A stretch of 64,000 bases of DNA from an uncultured archaeon (GCA_902384455.1 CABMCB010000079.1:618-64617); one strand, 5' to 3'. Counted from the first letter of the stretch, positions 17,416 to 27,194 are shown. Notes: a model not told the origin generated them from the letters alone. Numbers and translations: made by a program.

Positions 17416-18741
17416 CTACCTGATAATCCCGCCAATCTTCCTGAAGAATTCCAGCGTCTTTCTGTCGCCTTCCTTAACGTCGTCCCTAATCAAGTTCACG
17501 GTGAAAAAAACGCTTTTTTTGCCGTCAGGAACCTGCGGCCCAGTGTAAACGTCTTTCGCCTTGACGCTCACCGCCAAATCGACGCTCTGAATCAAAAGCT
17601 CGGTAATGTAATGCTCATCGCAGGATGCCGGAAGAAGCACACTGTAGTTCCTTTCGGCGACACCAGACTTCTCAGCCCGCAACCTCTTGAGCTCGCCGTC
17701 AGGCAACAACCTAAGGTTACTAAGCTTCAAAGTCTTAGTCTTATCTCCGTCCCTCAAAGTAAGGTCATGCGCAGTCACAGACTCAACAGTCCCCAAATGC
17801 ACAGCACCCGAGTAAATATGCGCAACCGCAACCTGACGGCCAATCCTCTCCTTCAAAGCAACAATCTCAGCAACAAGCCCCGCAATAGCCTTATCTGAAC
17901 GCCCCATCGCCTCATCAACATCGCCGAAATGACGCGCAGCCTTCACCATCGCCGAAACGAATCCATCTTCGTCGCGGGATTCAAGGCCGTTCGAAAGGGA
18001 TTCCGCTGCCGACATGAACGTTTCGTGGACTAACCCGGTGTAAGGATTGTACAGCTGGATTTCAGCGTAAAGATGCGGGTCCTGGCCAATTATCCGCCCT
18101 ATCATGTCAAGCATCAGGTCGTATACCGGGGAGGCGTATTCGCGGCTTTCCTTTACGTTGAACTGCAGGTCGCATAGTGTTTTCCCCACGCTAATGTAGG
18201 CGAAATGCGTCAACCCCTGGACTACGGCCATCACGCGGTCGTGTTCGTCGGGTGTGGTTGTGATGACGCGGGCGCGTTTTTTGTGAAGGATGGTTGTTAT
18301 GCGGTGAGCCCCCTTTTTACCCCGAATAGGCGTAAGTACCACGGGCTGGCCTTCGAATCCTCGCACTCGCGGCCCGAACACGGGGTGGCTTCCGAGAATC
18401 TCAACTCCATTTGCGGCGAACTCGTCCATTATGCGGCAGGGCTCTGTTTTGACGCTCGTTAAGTCCATTATTAGGCCGCCGTGTTTGATGTGGGGTGCGA
18501 CTTCTTTTATGCCGTCGTATGTTGTTGCGATTGGCACTGTGATTATTACGGCTTCGGCTTCTTTGGCTGCTTTGACGTTGTCGTGGGTGTATTCTACGCC
18601 TAGTTCTTTGGCTGTGGCTTTGCCTTTTTCTTTTGTGGGGCCGGTGATTGTGACTTCCCATCCTTCTTCCTTTAGGAGTTGGGCGAACAATCGTCCCATC
18701 CCGCCGTATCCGCCTATTATGGCGACTTTGTGCGTCGACAT
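17416..18741 (-). CDS. tyrA: Prephenate/arogenate dehydrogenase with an extra C-terminal ~150-aa extension
   Basis: Rossmann motif VAIIGGYGGMGRLFA and a TyrA core (GSHPVFGP, HDR...QGLTHF). The C-terminal tail ends in a ferredoxin-like segment, DVYTGPQVPDGKKSVFFTVNLI. Confidence 0.8.
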   Translation of the reverse strand: MSTHKVAIIGGYGGMGRLFAQLLKEEGWEVTITGPTKEKGKATAKELGVEYTHDNVKAAKEAEAVIITVPIATTYDGIKEVAPHIKHGGLIMDLTSVKTEPCRIMDEFAANGVEILGSHPVFGPRVRGFEGQPVVLTPIRGKKGAHRITTILHKKRARVITTTPDEHDRVMAVVQGLTHFAYISVGKTLCDLQFNVKESREYASPVYDLMLDMIGRIIGQDPHLYAEIQLYNPYTGLVHETFMSAAESLSNGLESRDEDGFVSAMVKAARHFGDVDEAMGRSDKAIAGLVAEIVALKERIGRQVAVAHIYSGAVHLGTVESVTAHDLTLRDGDKTKTLKLSNLRLLPDGELKRLRAEKSGVAERNYSVLLPASCDEHYITELLIQSVDLAVSVKAKDVYTGPQVPDGKKSVFFTVNLIRDDVKEGDRKTLEFFRKIGGIIR

Positions 18742-18772
18742 CTTTCTTTAACTCTTATCTGAATCCCCTTAA

Positions 18773-19954
18773 TTACCGCGCTTCAAGTTTCTCGTACGCA
18801 TCAAGCAGTTTCTTCGCGGACGCATTCCACGTGTACGTCTTGATTTTGTTTTTAGCATTCTTACCTAGTTTAACCACGACTTTTTCGTCAGCCATACTCC
18901 TTATTGCTGCGGCGATGCCTTCAGGACTGTTGCCTACAATAAACCCTGTTTTTCCGTCCTCAATCCAATCGGCTGCAGCGTTCAACTTTGAATCAACGGT
19001 AACCGTAGGCACGCCGCATGCGGCGGCATCTGCGGCAAAGAAACTGAATCCCTCCCGTCTGGACGGCAAAACCGCGATGCGCGCAGAGGCGATGCGACGG
19101 AAGTATTCCCTCCGAGACGGGGCATAAGGGAGGAAAGAAACGGAAGAAAGATGACTTCGCCTGGCAGCCTCAATCAACCCGTTTTTTTGAGGGCCCTCAC
19201 CGCACAAATGCGCAGTCAAAGATAGTCCCTCCCTCTTTAGGATGGCGAGCGCTTCAACAAGCGCCATAAGATTCTTCTCGGGAAGCATGCGGCCGCAGTA
19301 TATGACGTCGACTGTTTTCGGGGTTTCTTTTGAGGGTATGTTTTCGAAGTCTACGCCGTTTGGGATAAGTGTGGCGTCAGTTTTTTTGACGTCGAGTATG
19401 CTCATGAGCCTGTTTAGGGTGAATTCGCTGACGGCAATGTGCTTGTTTGGGAGGCGGCTTGCGTATTTCTCTACTGCTTCTCCGATAGCTCCCGGATTTC
19501 CGCTAAGATACTCCCTCCAGTATTCCCCACCCCAGACTTCATGCCAAGTCAATGTGAAGGGGTTGCGCTTCAGTTTGCTTACTGCCCACACGCCGTAAGC
19601 AGGAAAATAAGGGAAAGCAGTGCAGTCCAAAACGTCATATTCTACGCCTGAAGCCAAAGCTAATGAAACGGAGGATGCGTAGGACGCCGCCTGAAGAAGA
19701 CTCCTTTTTCCGTTTCTATAAAGAGGAAGAGCAGGCCTTACCCCCCTAAGCGTTATGCCCTCCCTCTTAATCGTGGAAGGTCCTTCCCATAGTTTTGCGC
19801 ACAAAAGATCGACTTCACACCCTTCACTTACGAGCTCTCTGGCGAGCATCCAGTTGCGCCACTCACCCCCCCCATAAACCTCCGGATAAACCGCGTCATA
19901 GACGAACCCAATGCGCACGTTAAAACCAAAGGTAAACTCAGGATTAAACCGCAC
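18773..19954 (-). CDS. Glycosyltransferase family 4 (GT-B fold)
   Basis: RIGFVYDAVYPEVYGGGE N-terminus and a C-terminal E-x7-E-like region (PSRREGFSFFAADAAACGVP). The true start may be the in-frame GTG at 19918. Confidence 0.8.
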   Translation of the reverse strand: MRFNPEFTFGFNVRIGFVYDAVYPEVYGGGEWRNWMLARELVSEGCEVDLLCAKLWEGPSTIKREGITLRGVRPALPLYRNGKRSLLQAASYASSVSLALASGVEYDVLDCTAFPYFPAYGVWAVSKLKRNPFTLTWHEVWGGEYWREYLSGNPGAIGEAVEKYASRLPNKHIAVSEFTLNRLMSILDVKKTDATLIPNGVDFENIPSKETPKTVDVIYCGRMLPEKNLMALVEALAILKREGLSLTAHLCGEGPQKNGLIEAARRSHLSSVSFLPYAPSRREYFRRIASARIAVLPSRREGFSFFAADAAACGVPTVTVDSKLNAAADWIEDGKTGFIVGNSPEGIAAAIRSMADEKVVVKLGKNAKNKIKTYTWNASAKKLLDAYEKLEAR

Positions 19955-19997
19955 GCAGGACGTTAATTAATATTCCCACCCATAAGTCAATTAGCTG

Positions 19998-21566
19998 ATG
20001 GACGACTACGGAGAGCTTTCTCTGGAACACGAGTACCACAACCTCGGCAACGACTACTATAAGCTCGGCGAATTCGACAAAGCAATAGACCAATTCAACA
20101 AAGCACTAGAACTACGGCCAGACCTGCTGGAAACATACTTCAACAGAGGACTCGCCTACACCCGAAAACAAGAATACGACAAAGCCCTCTCAGACCTCAC
20201 CAAAGTAATACAACTCAACCCAAACCTCGCAGAAGCATACTACACACGAGGCCTCGTATACGAATACAAGCAGGACTACGACAAAGCCATAGAAAACTAC
20301 GGGAAAGCGCTGGAAGTAGACCCAAACTATTCCAAAGCGGCAACCCAAAGGGAAGTCGCCCAAAGCAAAAAAGCAAGCATCTCCTCAGGAGGCGGCGGAG
20401 GCGGAGGAAAAGCAGCCTCAACACCAGGCGCAGGAGGCGGCGGAGAAGGAGACAACCTCACCAAATTCGAGGTCATGAAGAAGCCGAAGATGAACTTCGA
20501 CGACGTCGCAGGCCTCAAGAAGGTGAAGGAGCAGCTTAAGGAGGCGATTGTTTATCCTTTGTCTAATCCGGCGCTTGCAAAAAGGTACGGCAAGACTGCC
20601 GGGGGCGGCATAATATTTTACGGGCCTCCTGGGACGGGTAAGACTTTCATTGCTAAGGCGGCTGCGGGGGAGTGCGCGGCAAGTTTCATTAGCGTTAAGG
20701 CAAGCGACATCGTGGACATGTATGCCGGAAACACGGAGAAAAACATCCACAACGCATTTGAGACGGCGCGCAAAAACGCTCCTTGCATCATATTCTTCGA
20801 CGAGATGGACGGCATAGCAGGAAAGCGTGAGGGCATGGACCAGAGCTTCGAGAAGCGTGCCATCAACCAGTTCCTAATGGAATTGGACGGCGCAGAATAC
20901 AGCAACGACGGAGTGCTGGCTGCCGCGGGCACAAACGCCCCCTGGGACATAGATGCTGCGTTAAGAAGAGCCGGTCGTTTCGCCAAACTAATTTATTTCC
21001 CTGAGCCCGACAAGGACACTCGGGCGGGAATCGTTAAATTAAATATCCGAAACAGGCCTGTTGACCCTAAGTTGCCCATAGGCAGGATAGCTCGTTTGAC
21101 TGAAGGGTACAGCAGCGCAGACATCGCTGAATTGTGCGACGCGGCAGCCGCCGTCCCCTGGAGGGAGGCGCTTAAGACTGGTAAGGAGCGTTTGATCACT
21201 TTCAAGGATTTCGTTAAGGCGCAGGAAGGCGAGGAGGGTGTTCATTCGTCTCTTCCGCCTTGGTATGGGAGCGTAAAGAAGAAGCTTTTTGAGGACGAGG
21301 AGGAGGACAAGGATAAGGATGCTGGGTCTGGGACTTTTAAGGGCATATTCAACGACCTTCTTACTTTGCCGTCTGAGTCCGACTCTGGTGGTGGTGCCGC
21401 AAGCAAGCCTCACGTAGTCAAGCATAAGAGCGAGCAGAAGGGGCTGATTAGCGAGGAAGAGCGCAGGCAGTTCTCTCAACTTATCCGCGATATTGAAAGC
21501 CGCAACAGCGAAGGATACAAGACCATGAAAAAGCTAAAGCAGATGTTCGCCCGCTACGTAATGTGA
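19998..21566 (+). CDS. TPR-repeat + single AAA+ ATPase fusion protein
   Basis: Three or four TPR units (AIDQFNKALELRPDLLETYFNRGLAY...), a Gly-run linker, then an AAA module with Walker A GPPGTGKT, Walker B IIFFDEMD and the second region of homology. The C-terminal tail is acidic. Confidence 0.8.
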   Translation: MDDYGELSLEHEYHNLGNDYYKLGEFDKAIDQFNKALELRPDLLETYFNRGLAYTRKQEYDKALSDLTKVIQLNPNLAEAYYTRGLVYEYKQDYDKAIENYGKALEVDPNYSKAATQREVAQSKKASISSGGGGGGGKAASTPGAGGGGEGDNLTKFEVMKKPKMNFDDVAGLKKVKEQLKEAIVYPLSNPALAKRYGKTAGGGIIFYGPPGTGKTFIAKAAAGECAASFISVKASDIVDMYAGNTEKNIHNAFETARKNAPCIIFFDEMDGIAGKREGMDQSFEKRAINQFLMELDGAEYSNDGVLAAAGTNAPWDIDAALRRAGRFAKLIYFPEPDKDTRAGIVKLNIRNRPVDPKLPIGRIARLTEGYSSADIAELCDAAAAVPWREALKTGKERLITFKDFVKAQEGEEGVHSSLPPWYGSVKKKLFEDEEEDKDKDAGSGTFKGIFNDLLTLPSESDSGGGAASKPHVVKHKSEQKGLISEEERRQFSQLIRDIESRNSEGYKTMKKLKQMFARYVM

Positions 21567-22711
21567 AGATGCCTGAATGCGAAGTTTCTCTTATTCTCCC
21601 GTGCAGGAACGAGGAAGCAACAGTCGGGGAATGCGTCAAAGAAGCGAAAGGAGTTTTCAAAAGCAACGGGATTAAAGGCGAAATAATAGTCTCAGACAGC
21701 GGCACAGACAAATCCGCTTACATAGCAGCTCAACTTGGCGCAAGAGTAATTGCCCACAACAAAATGGGTTACGGGGCGGCATGCGAGGAAGGCGCAAGAG
21801 CCGCCTCCGGCAGGATTCTTGTTTTTGCGGACGCAGACGGAACATACGACCTGACTGAAATTCCCAACTTAATCAAGGCCGTGAAATCTGGCGCGGACTT
21901 GGCGGTAGGATACCGAGTTGCCGGCAGAATAGAGAACAAAGCAATGCCGCTTCTAAACAGGTACGTAGGCAATCCATTGCTCACATCCACATTAAACGTC
22001 TTGTTCCATTCTCAAGTCAAAGACGCCCATTGCGGCTTCCGCGCGCTGCCCACTGACGTACACAAAAAACTTAAGCTCAGAACACAAGGAATGGAGTACG
22101 CAAGCGAGATGCTTGTGAAAGCATCCCGTCTGGGCCTCACGATAGTAAACGTTCCAGTTGGCTACCGCAGAAGAAAAGGAAAAAGCAAGCTAAGGCCTTT
22201 TCCTGACGGCTACAGGCATCTGCGTTTGATGCTTCTTTTTTCTCCAAGTCAGCTTCTTCTTTTGCCGGGATTGCTTATGTTTGCGGTAGGATTCGCGCTG
22301 CTTTCGGCGATGCTGTCTGGCCCCCACTGGCTTAGGGTAGTTACGTTCGACATCCACCCCATAGAACTGGGTAGTCTGCTCACGCTTCTGGGGTACAACA
22401 TCTTTTTGATGGGCATTTACGCCAGAAAATACGCATCAGCCGTAGGCATAGACAAGCCAGACCCGCTGGTGGAAGAAGCGGCGGTGTATCTCACTCTGGA
22501 GCGGGGCGGGCTGATTGGGCTGATACTTTTTGCGTGCGGATTCGCAATGAACCTTAATGTTCTTGTTGAATGGTTTTCATCCGGGTTCGGCGAACTCTCT
22601 GAGATGCGGACTGTGATTTTCGCCTCCACAATAATGCTTTTGGGGGTTCAGACGTTTTTTTCGGCAATATTCGTTTCTGCGATGGACGAGTTCAGGTCAG
22701 ACAAGGATTAA
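21563..22711 (+). CDS. Glycosyltransferase family 2 with a C-terminal TM domain (dolichyl-phosphate sugar synthase-like)
   Basis: VSLILPCRNEE and FADADGTYD (DxD) motifs, followed by about four TM helices. The GTG start overlaps the upstream stop. Confidence 0.8.
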   Translation: MKMPECEVSLILPCRNEEATVGECVKEAKGVFKSNGIKGEIIVSDSGTDKSAYIAAQLGARVIAHNKMGYGAACEEGARAASGRILVFADADGTYDLTEIPNLIKAVKSGADLAVGYRVAGRIENKAMPLLNRYVGNPLLTSTLNVLFHSQVKDAHCGFRALPTDVHKKLKLRTQGMEYASEMLVKASRLGLTIVNVPVGYRRRKGKSKLRPFPDGYRHLRLMLLFSPSQLLLLPGLLMFAVGFALLSAMLSGPHWLRVVTFDIHPIELGSLLTLLGYNIFLMGIYARKYASAVGIDKPDPLVEEAAVYLTLERGGLIGLILFACGFAMNLNVLVEWFSSGFGELSEMRTVIFASTIMLLGVQTFFSAIFVSAMDEFRSDKD

Positions 22712-24132
22712 TGAGAAAGAAGCCCCGCAATCCTCTCTCTTCTTTCCCTAAACCTCACAAAAACCTCCTCCTTAGCTTCATAAGGCCGCTCAATAAGGAG
22801 GTCGGCGATGTGTTGTGGGAAGTTTAAATGCGCCTTACCGGCCGACTCAACAATCTCTTTGGGGCAAGACGCTGGAGTACTTTTGTTGGCGTATGATTCG
22901 ACCGCAAGAAGCCTGAAACTGACGTTTTGAATGTAGTCCGAGGTGAGGTGGCTTCTGGGGAAAAGCTTCAGTTCCACAGAAGAATAAGAAACCCACGTCT
23001 CCAACGCCTTCCTCCTAACCCACTCGTCCTTCTGTTTGAGAAGAAGGCTGCGGGGGTCTTTACCCAATGCAGCGCAACCATGCCTGCAAATATGCAAGGA
23101 AATGAAAGGGTCGTTGTCAGCCAAAAAAGTCCTTTCGCCAACCCACTGGTTCTCTGTGTACAACCTCATCTGCGCCCCACTCGCCTTCATAACCTCAAGG
23201 ATAGATTCAAGTTCATCCTCAGCAGCGTCTTTTGGCGCCAAAACATCCGCGGATTCACCCGCCTCAAGATAAGGCTTAGGATAAGCCACAGCCGACTTGA
23301 CGCCCACATCAGAAACGGATTCTAGGGCCTGATTAAGTTCAGGCGACATTTCAAATCCGGATTTTTTAGAAGCAACGGCCTTCCTAAGTTTGGCCGCAGA
23401 AAGCCTTTTTTTGTACTGCCTATCCAGCATCTGCCTAACCAGCTTAAACCCCGTGAGCCGATACTTCCTCCCGTCCTCCACCCTGAAACCAGACTTCTCA
23501 GCCTCAACAAGATGCTCCTCAAGAGCAGAATCAGACGCATCCAAAGCCAAGCATATGACCCGCGCAACCTTCACGAAAGGCCGCACATAATCGCTTTTAG
23601 GGTCTGCCAGGATGTCTCTTATTAGGCGGCGGTGGAACCAGAATCCTGCTTGGCGGCGCAGGGGATACTGCGGCGTATCCAATACGTTTCCTATCAAAAT
23701 GTTTTCCCCTGAAATCAGCTGCCAGTTGGCAGGCGGCTTGCGGACTTGGTCTCTGCCGTAAGTTGAAACAAGGGGGCTCTTCATTTCGCTTACTGCGTAA
23801 GGCTCTGCGTACAGCGGCGGCATAAGTGTCCTTACGGGGAGATAACGCCGGAAAAAAGACGACAGAATCCTGTATTCGTCCGCAGGGGAAACGTCCCCGT
23901 AGACTACATAGTAATCAAGGTCTGAGTCCCCGTACACAAGCCTATCCGACCTGTTCTGCCGGTAAATTGCGACCGGACTAAGAGGCGAAGCGCATAAGAC
24001 GAAGGCCTTCTCCATCAGCTGGTATGCTGCTGGTCCAACAAAAGAAAGTTCTGGCACGTTCCCGCAAGCAAGAAGTCCCCGTCGGACTGCGTTTTGCGCA
24101 AGACGCAGGGGCGTCAGTTCTTTCGCGGGCAT
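22708..24132 (-). CDS. Hypothetical protein, possible Pol-beta-type nucleotidyltransferase-like N-domain
   Basis: Only a weak motif is visible (LVYGDSDLDYYVVYGD). The gene overlaps the upstream HPr-kinase-like gene by 19 nt, which suggests co-translation. Confidence 0.3.
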   Translation of the reverse strand: MPAKELTPLRLAQNAVRRGLLACGNVPELSFVGPAAYQLMEKAFVLCASPLSPVAIYRQNRSDRLVYGDSDLDYYVVYGDVSPADEYRILSSFFRRYLPVRTLMPPLYAEPYAVSEMKSPLVSTYGRDQVRKPPANWQLISGENILIGNVLDTPQYPLRRQAGFWFHRRLIRDILADPKSDYVRPFVKVARVICLALDASDSALEEHLVEAEKSGFRVEDGRKYRLTGFKLVRQMLDRQYKKRLSAAKLRKAVASKKSGFEMSPELNQALESVSDVGVKSAVAYPKPYLEAGESADVLAPKDAAEDELESILEVMKASGAQMRLYTENQWVGERTFLADNDPFISLHICRHGCAALGKDPRSLLLKQKDEWVRRKALETWVSYSSVELKLFPRSHLTSDYIQNVSFRLLAVESYANKSTPASCPKEIVESAGKAHLNFPQHIADLLIERPYEAKEEVFVRFRERRERIAGLLSH

Positions 24133-25127
24133 TTTTTGCGGACTTCGCCAATCAACATGTCGACAGATTGGTCAATATCACTTCCGAACGAGGCGGAATA
24201 AATAGACGAATAATTTAGAAGACGCAGCGCAGCGACACCCCTGCCCCAAAAGGAAGGAAGTCTGCTCAAATTCTCTCTGAACGAAAGCCCCATGAAGTAA
24301 GCCAAAGCCTGAGGCAACTCCAAACCCAAAATCATGTTCTTCAGAAGCCGAGGCAACGCGGCAAACTTGCCTGAAGGCGAAAAAACAAGGCCTCCTTTAG
24401 AGCGCCTTGAGCCGAGAATCAGGACGTAAGGCGGGCCTGCTTCCTTCTGGATTTTGTCGCTAAATGCTTCGGCGGAAACAAGCGTCTTTTCGCCGTGACC
24501 AGCACGCTGGAAAGTTCTAACGTTTCCTTCAAACGACTTTGCTTCATCGCGGTTTCTGACACCCAGCCGCGAAGGAAAAGCAAAAATCCTCCCGTCGCGG
24601 GAAACAAGAGGCGTATCCTCGGAGATAAGCCGGACACCCTCTCTTTTGAGCAAAGCCAAAGCCAAAGTAGTCTTGCCGCCGCCAACAGGAAGCAAAACAA
24701 CAACAGGAAAAGAATCAACTGTGAAGGCCAACGCGTGAACGCGGTGAAGCCCTTTCCCATCCAGCAGGTCTCCAAGCTTGCTTTCCAGCGCCGTATGAAG
24801 GACGTCATAAAGCACCGACAAGTCAGACGCTGTAACAGTCATCAAACTATTGCCCGGTTCATAAACGCAAAATGCGCCGTTGAAATAGACGACGTACCTT
24901 ATGCCCCCGCTGTCGTAAGCCACATAATCCTCATGATACAAAGAAGCAGAAACATCCGGCTCCTTAGACAAATCAGGCACAGCAACATCAGCCTTCACAG
25001 TCAACTTAACACCAGAAGCGACCCCCTCAAAATACCCGTAGTCATGACGCAGCCACTCAACTATTTTAGCCGGCCCCTCAACCCTCACTCCAACACCGTG
25101 AACATTAAGCATAAACTCAGACTTCAC
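24114..25127 (-). CDS. HPr-kinase-like P-loop protein (HprK-related kinase family, no PTS context)
   Basis: VVLLPVGGGKTTLALALLKREGVRLISEDTPLV matches the HprK C-terminal domain signature (P-loop followed by the ALxLxxRG..L[IV].[DE]D motif). The 4-nt overlap with the upstream GT4 is noted. Confidence 0.6.
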   Translation of the reverse strand: MKSEFMLNVHGVGVRVEGPAKIVEWLRHDYGYFEGVASGVKLTVKADVAVPDLSKEPDVSASLYHEDYVAYDSGGIRYVVYFNGAFCVYEPGNSLMTVTASDLSVLYDVLHTALESKLGDLLDGKGLHRVHALAFTVDSFPVVVLLPVGGGKTTLALALLKREGVRLISEDTPLVSRDGRIFAFPSRLGVRNRDEAKSFEGNVRTFQRAGHGEKTLVSAEAFSDKIQKEAGPPYVLILGSRRSKGGLVFSPSGKFAALPRLLKNMILGLELPQALAYFMGLSFRENLSRLPSFWGRGVAALRLLNYSSIYSASFGSDIDQSVDMLIGEVRKKCPRKN

Positions 25128-26221
25128 CCCGCCACCTCCAAAGCAAACGACTCAAACGCTTTAACCGCAGCAGAAAGAGGAAACTTCCCAGCCGCCTTCC
25201 GCGCCTCAACCCTCATACCACCCAACCGCTTAGAATCAGAAAGAAGACCAACCACCTCCTTGTTAAGACAATCCAAATCCCCCGGCGAAACCAAAACACC
25301 CGAAACACCGTCCTTAACAAAAAACTGCAACCCCCCAGTACGCGACGCCACAGCCGGCACACCACACGCAGCCGCCTCCAACACTGAAATCCCGAAGCCC
25401 TCATGAGCGCTCAAAGAAGGCGCAACAACCAAAGTATGACCTCTGTACACCTCAGCCATCTCATCGTGCAACACGCGGCCTATGAAGCGCACCCCATTTC
25501 GCCTTGAAAGCGACGGCTCAATATGTCCGCCTCCGGCCACCGTAAGTTCGGCTTCGGGAAACTTCGCCTTGATCATGTGAAAAGAGGAGAGAAGGACGTC
25601 CAGGCCCTTCCAAGAGTGTCCGCTGGAGAGTTGGCCGACGAAGAGAAGGCGGTATGGCGGATAATTTTTCGCAGGAGAGAATAACTCGAGGTCGACTCCC
25701 GGCGGGAGACTTCTGACGTTTGAAACCCTCTTTCTCATGAAATCAGCGACGTAATCCCCAACACCAGCAACACTCTTCGCATTCGACAGAAGACTAGATT
25801 CGGCTGTCGCCCCATAAACCCGAGCCAAAGAATCCAAAAATCGCCTACCCTTAATCAACCCCCTGTTGTGGTAAACTACTCCATACGGAACTCCCGCACG
25901 CCTTGCCGCAAAAGCCACAGCATCAGCAACACCCGGCACAGGAGTATGAACAACAACCGCCTCAATACGCTTCTCGCGGATAATCCTCATAGCAATGCGG
26001 TAAACCGAAGCTGAGACGGGAGTATTCGACACAAAAACAGAAGGATGAACCCTGACGACATCCACCATACCATCCAACACACGACCGCCTTCAGAAGCAG
26101 TGCCACAAAGAACAGATACGTCATGCCCCAACTCCGAAACACCCTGCGCCATAGACTCAGCATACACCTCAAGACCACCGCCCTCAGGCGGATAATAAGG
26201 AGCAGCAACAAGAACCCTCAT
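25124..26221 (-). CDS. Glycosyltransferase family 4 (GT-B fold)
   Basis: MRVLVAAPYYPPEGGGLEVYA N-terminus and a C-terminal EGFGISVLEAAACGVP motif. The start is placed at the internal ATG 26221 because the longer ORF (to 26326) would overlap adk. Confidence 0.8.
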   Translation of the reverse strand: MRVLVAAPYYPPEGGGLEVYAESMAQGVSELGHDVSVLCGTASEGGRVLDGMVDVVRVHPSVFVSNTPVSASVYRIAMRIIREKRIEAVVVHTPVPGVADAVAFAARRAGVPYGVVYHNRGLIKGRRFLDSLARVYGATAESSLLSNAKSVAGVGDYVADFMRKRVSNVRSLPPGVDLELFSPAKNYPPYRLLFVGQLSSGHSWKGLDVLLSSFHMIKAKFPEAELTVAGGGHIEPSLSRRNGVRFIGRVLHDEMAEVYRGHTLVVAPSLSAHEGFGISVLEAAACGVPAVASRTGGLQFFVKDGVSGVLVSPGDLDCLNKEVVGLLSDSKRLGGMRVEARKAAGKFPLSAAVKAFESFALEVAG

Positions 26222-26249
26222 ATCAATAAAGAATGAGCAAACCAACCTC

Positions 26250-26885
26250 TTAAACTGACACCTGACTAAGCGAAGAAAGCACGGCCTCAGTAATCTCGAC
26301 AACCTCCTTGTTGCCATCAATTTCATCCAAAATGCCCTTCTCCCTGAAGAAGTTCACAAGAGGCTCAGTAGACTCATGATACAAAGAAATCCGCTTCCTC
26401 ACAACATCCGGCATATCATCCTTACGGCGAATAAGGCGGCCGCCGCAGTCGTCGCATATTCCTTCCTTTTTCGGCGGCTTGTGGGTGCTGTAGGGTTCCC
26501 CGCATTTCTCGCATATCATTCGTTCTGAAAGCCGTTTTACAAGCACGTCGTCTGGGACGCGCAGGTATATGACGAGGTCGAGGGGGTAAGCGTCCATGAG
26601 GAATTTGGCCTGTGATATGTCGCGGGGAAATCCGTCAAGAAGAAAACCGTTTGCGCAGTCTTCCCCGGAAAGCCTCTTTAAGACCACCTTCTCCACTATC
26701 TCGTCCGGGGCCAATGTTCCTTGGGCGACATAAGCGGCAATGGACTGCCCAAGCTCAGACTTATTGGCGACCTCCTCCCTCAAAAGCTCGCCCACAGAAA
26801 TCCAGGGGATATTAAGTTTGCGGGAAATAAACTCCGCTTGAGTCCCCTTTCCGGAACCCGGCGGGCCAAGAAGAACCAAACGCAT
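26250..26885 (-). CDS. adk: Adenylate kinase (long form with zinc lid)
   Basis: GPPGSGKGTQ P-loop, LLDGFPR, and lid cysteines CEKCGEPY...CDDCGG. Confidence 0.9.
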   Translation of the reverse strand: MRLVLLGPPGSGKGTQAEFISRKLNIPWISVGELLREEVANKSELGQSIAAYVAQGTLAPDEIVEKVVLKRLSGEDCANGFLLDGFPRDISQAKFLMDAYPLDLVIYLRVPDDVLVKRLSERMICEKCGEPYSTHKPPKKEGICDDCGGRLIRRKDDMPDVVRKRISLYHESTEPLVNFFREKGILDEIDGNKEVVEITEAVLSSLSQVSV

Positions 26886-26921
26886 AGATTGGATTTAAGG
26901 AACGCAGACTAAAATACAAGA

Positions 26922-27194
26922 GTGGAAGAGGTGCGCGCCCACTTGCTCATTTCAGGGCGAGTACAAGGAGTCTGGTACAGAGCAAGCGCACGCAACGAAG
27001 CGTTCCGACTTAAAATCAAAGGGTGGGTAAGAAACCTCCCTGACGGCAAAGTTGAAGCGGCATTCGAAGGACCCACGAAAGCAGTCGAAGAAGTAGTAGC
27101 GTGGTGCTACAAAGGCCCGCCTGCGGCAAGGGTGGACAATGTTGAATTAACTTGGGAGAAACCCCAAGGCGAAACGGAATTTTCAATGAGATGA
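26922..27194 (+). CDS. acyP: Acylphosphatase
   Basis: ISGRVQGVWYR and GWVRNLPDGKVEA motifs, 90 aa, GTG start. Confidence 0.85.
   Translation: MEEVRAHLLISGRVQGVWYRASARNEAFRLKIKGWVRNLPDGKVEAAFEGPTKAVEEVVAWCYKGPPAARVDNVELTWEKPQGETEFSMR

Noticed and set aside
20388-20453. A GGAGGCGGC-type microsatellite-like run.
   Set aside because: It encodes the poly-Gly linker between the TPR and AAA domains (SSGGGGGGGKAASTPGAGGGGEG).
19998-21566. Calling the TPR-AAA protein CdvC/Vps4.
   Set aside because: No MIT domain is present and no CdvA/CdvB/ESCRT-III genes lie nearby. Only the generic AAA classification is justified.
26222-26326. An N-terminal extension of the GT4 ORF (MKLMATRRLSRLL...).
   Set aside because: It would overlap the 3' end of adk by 77 nt and is Arg/Leu-rich. 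The internal ATG at 26221 gives the canonical GT4 N-terminus MRVLVAAPYYPPEGGG.
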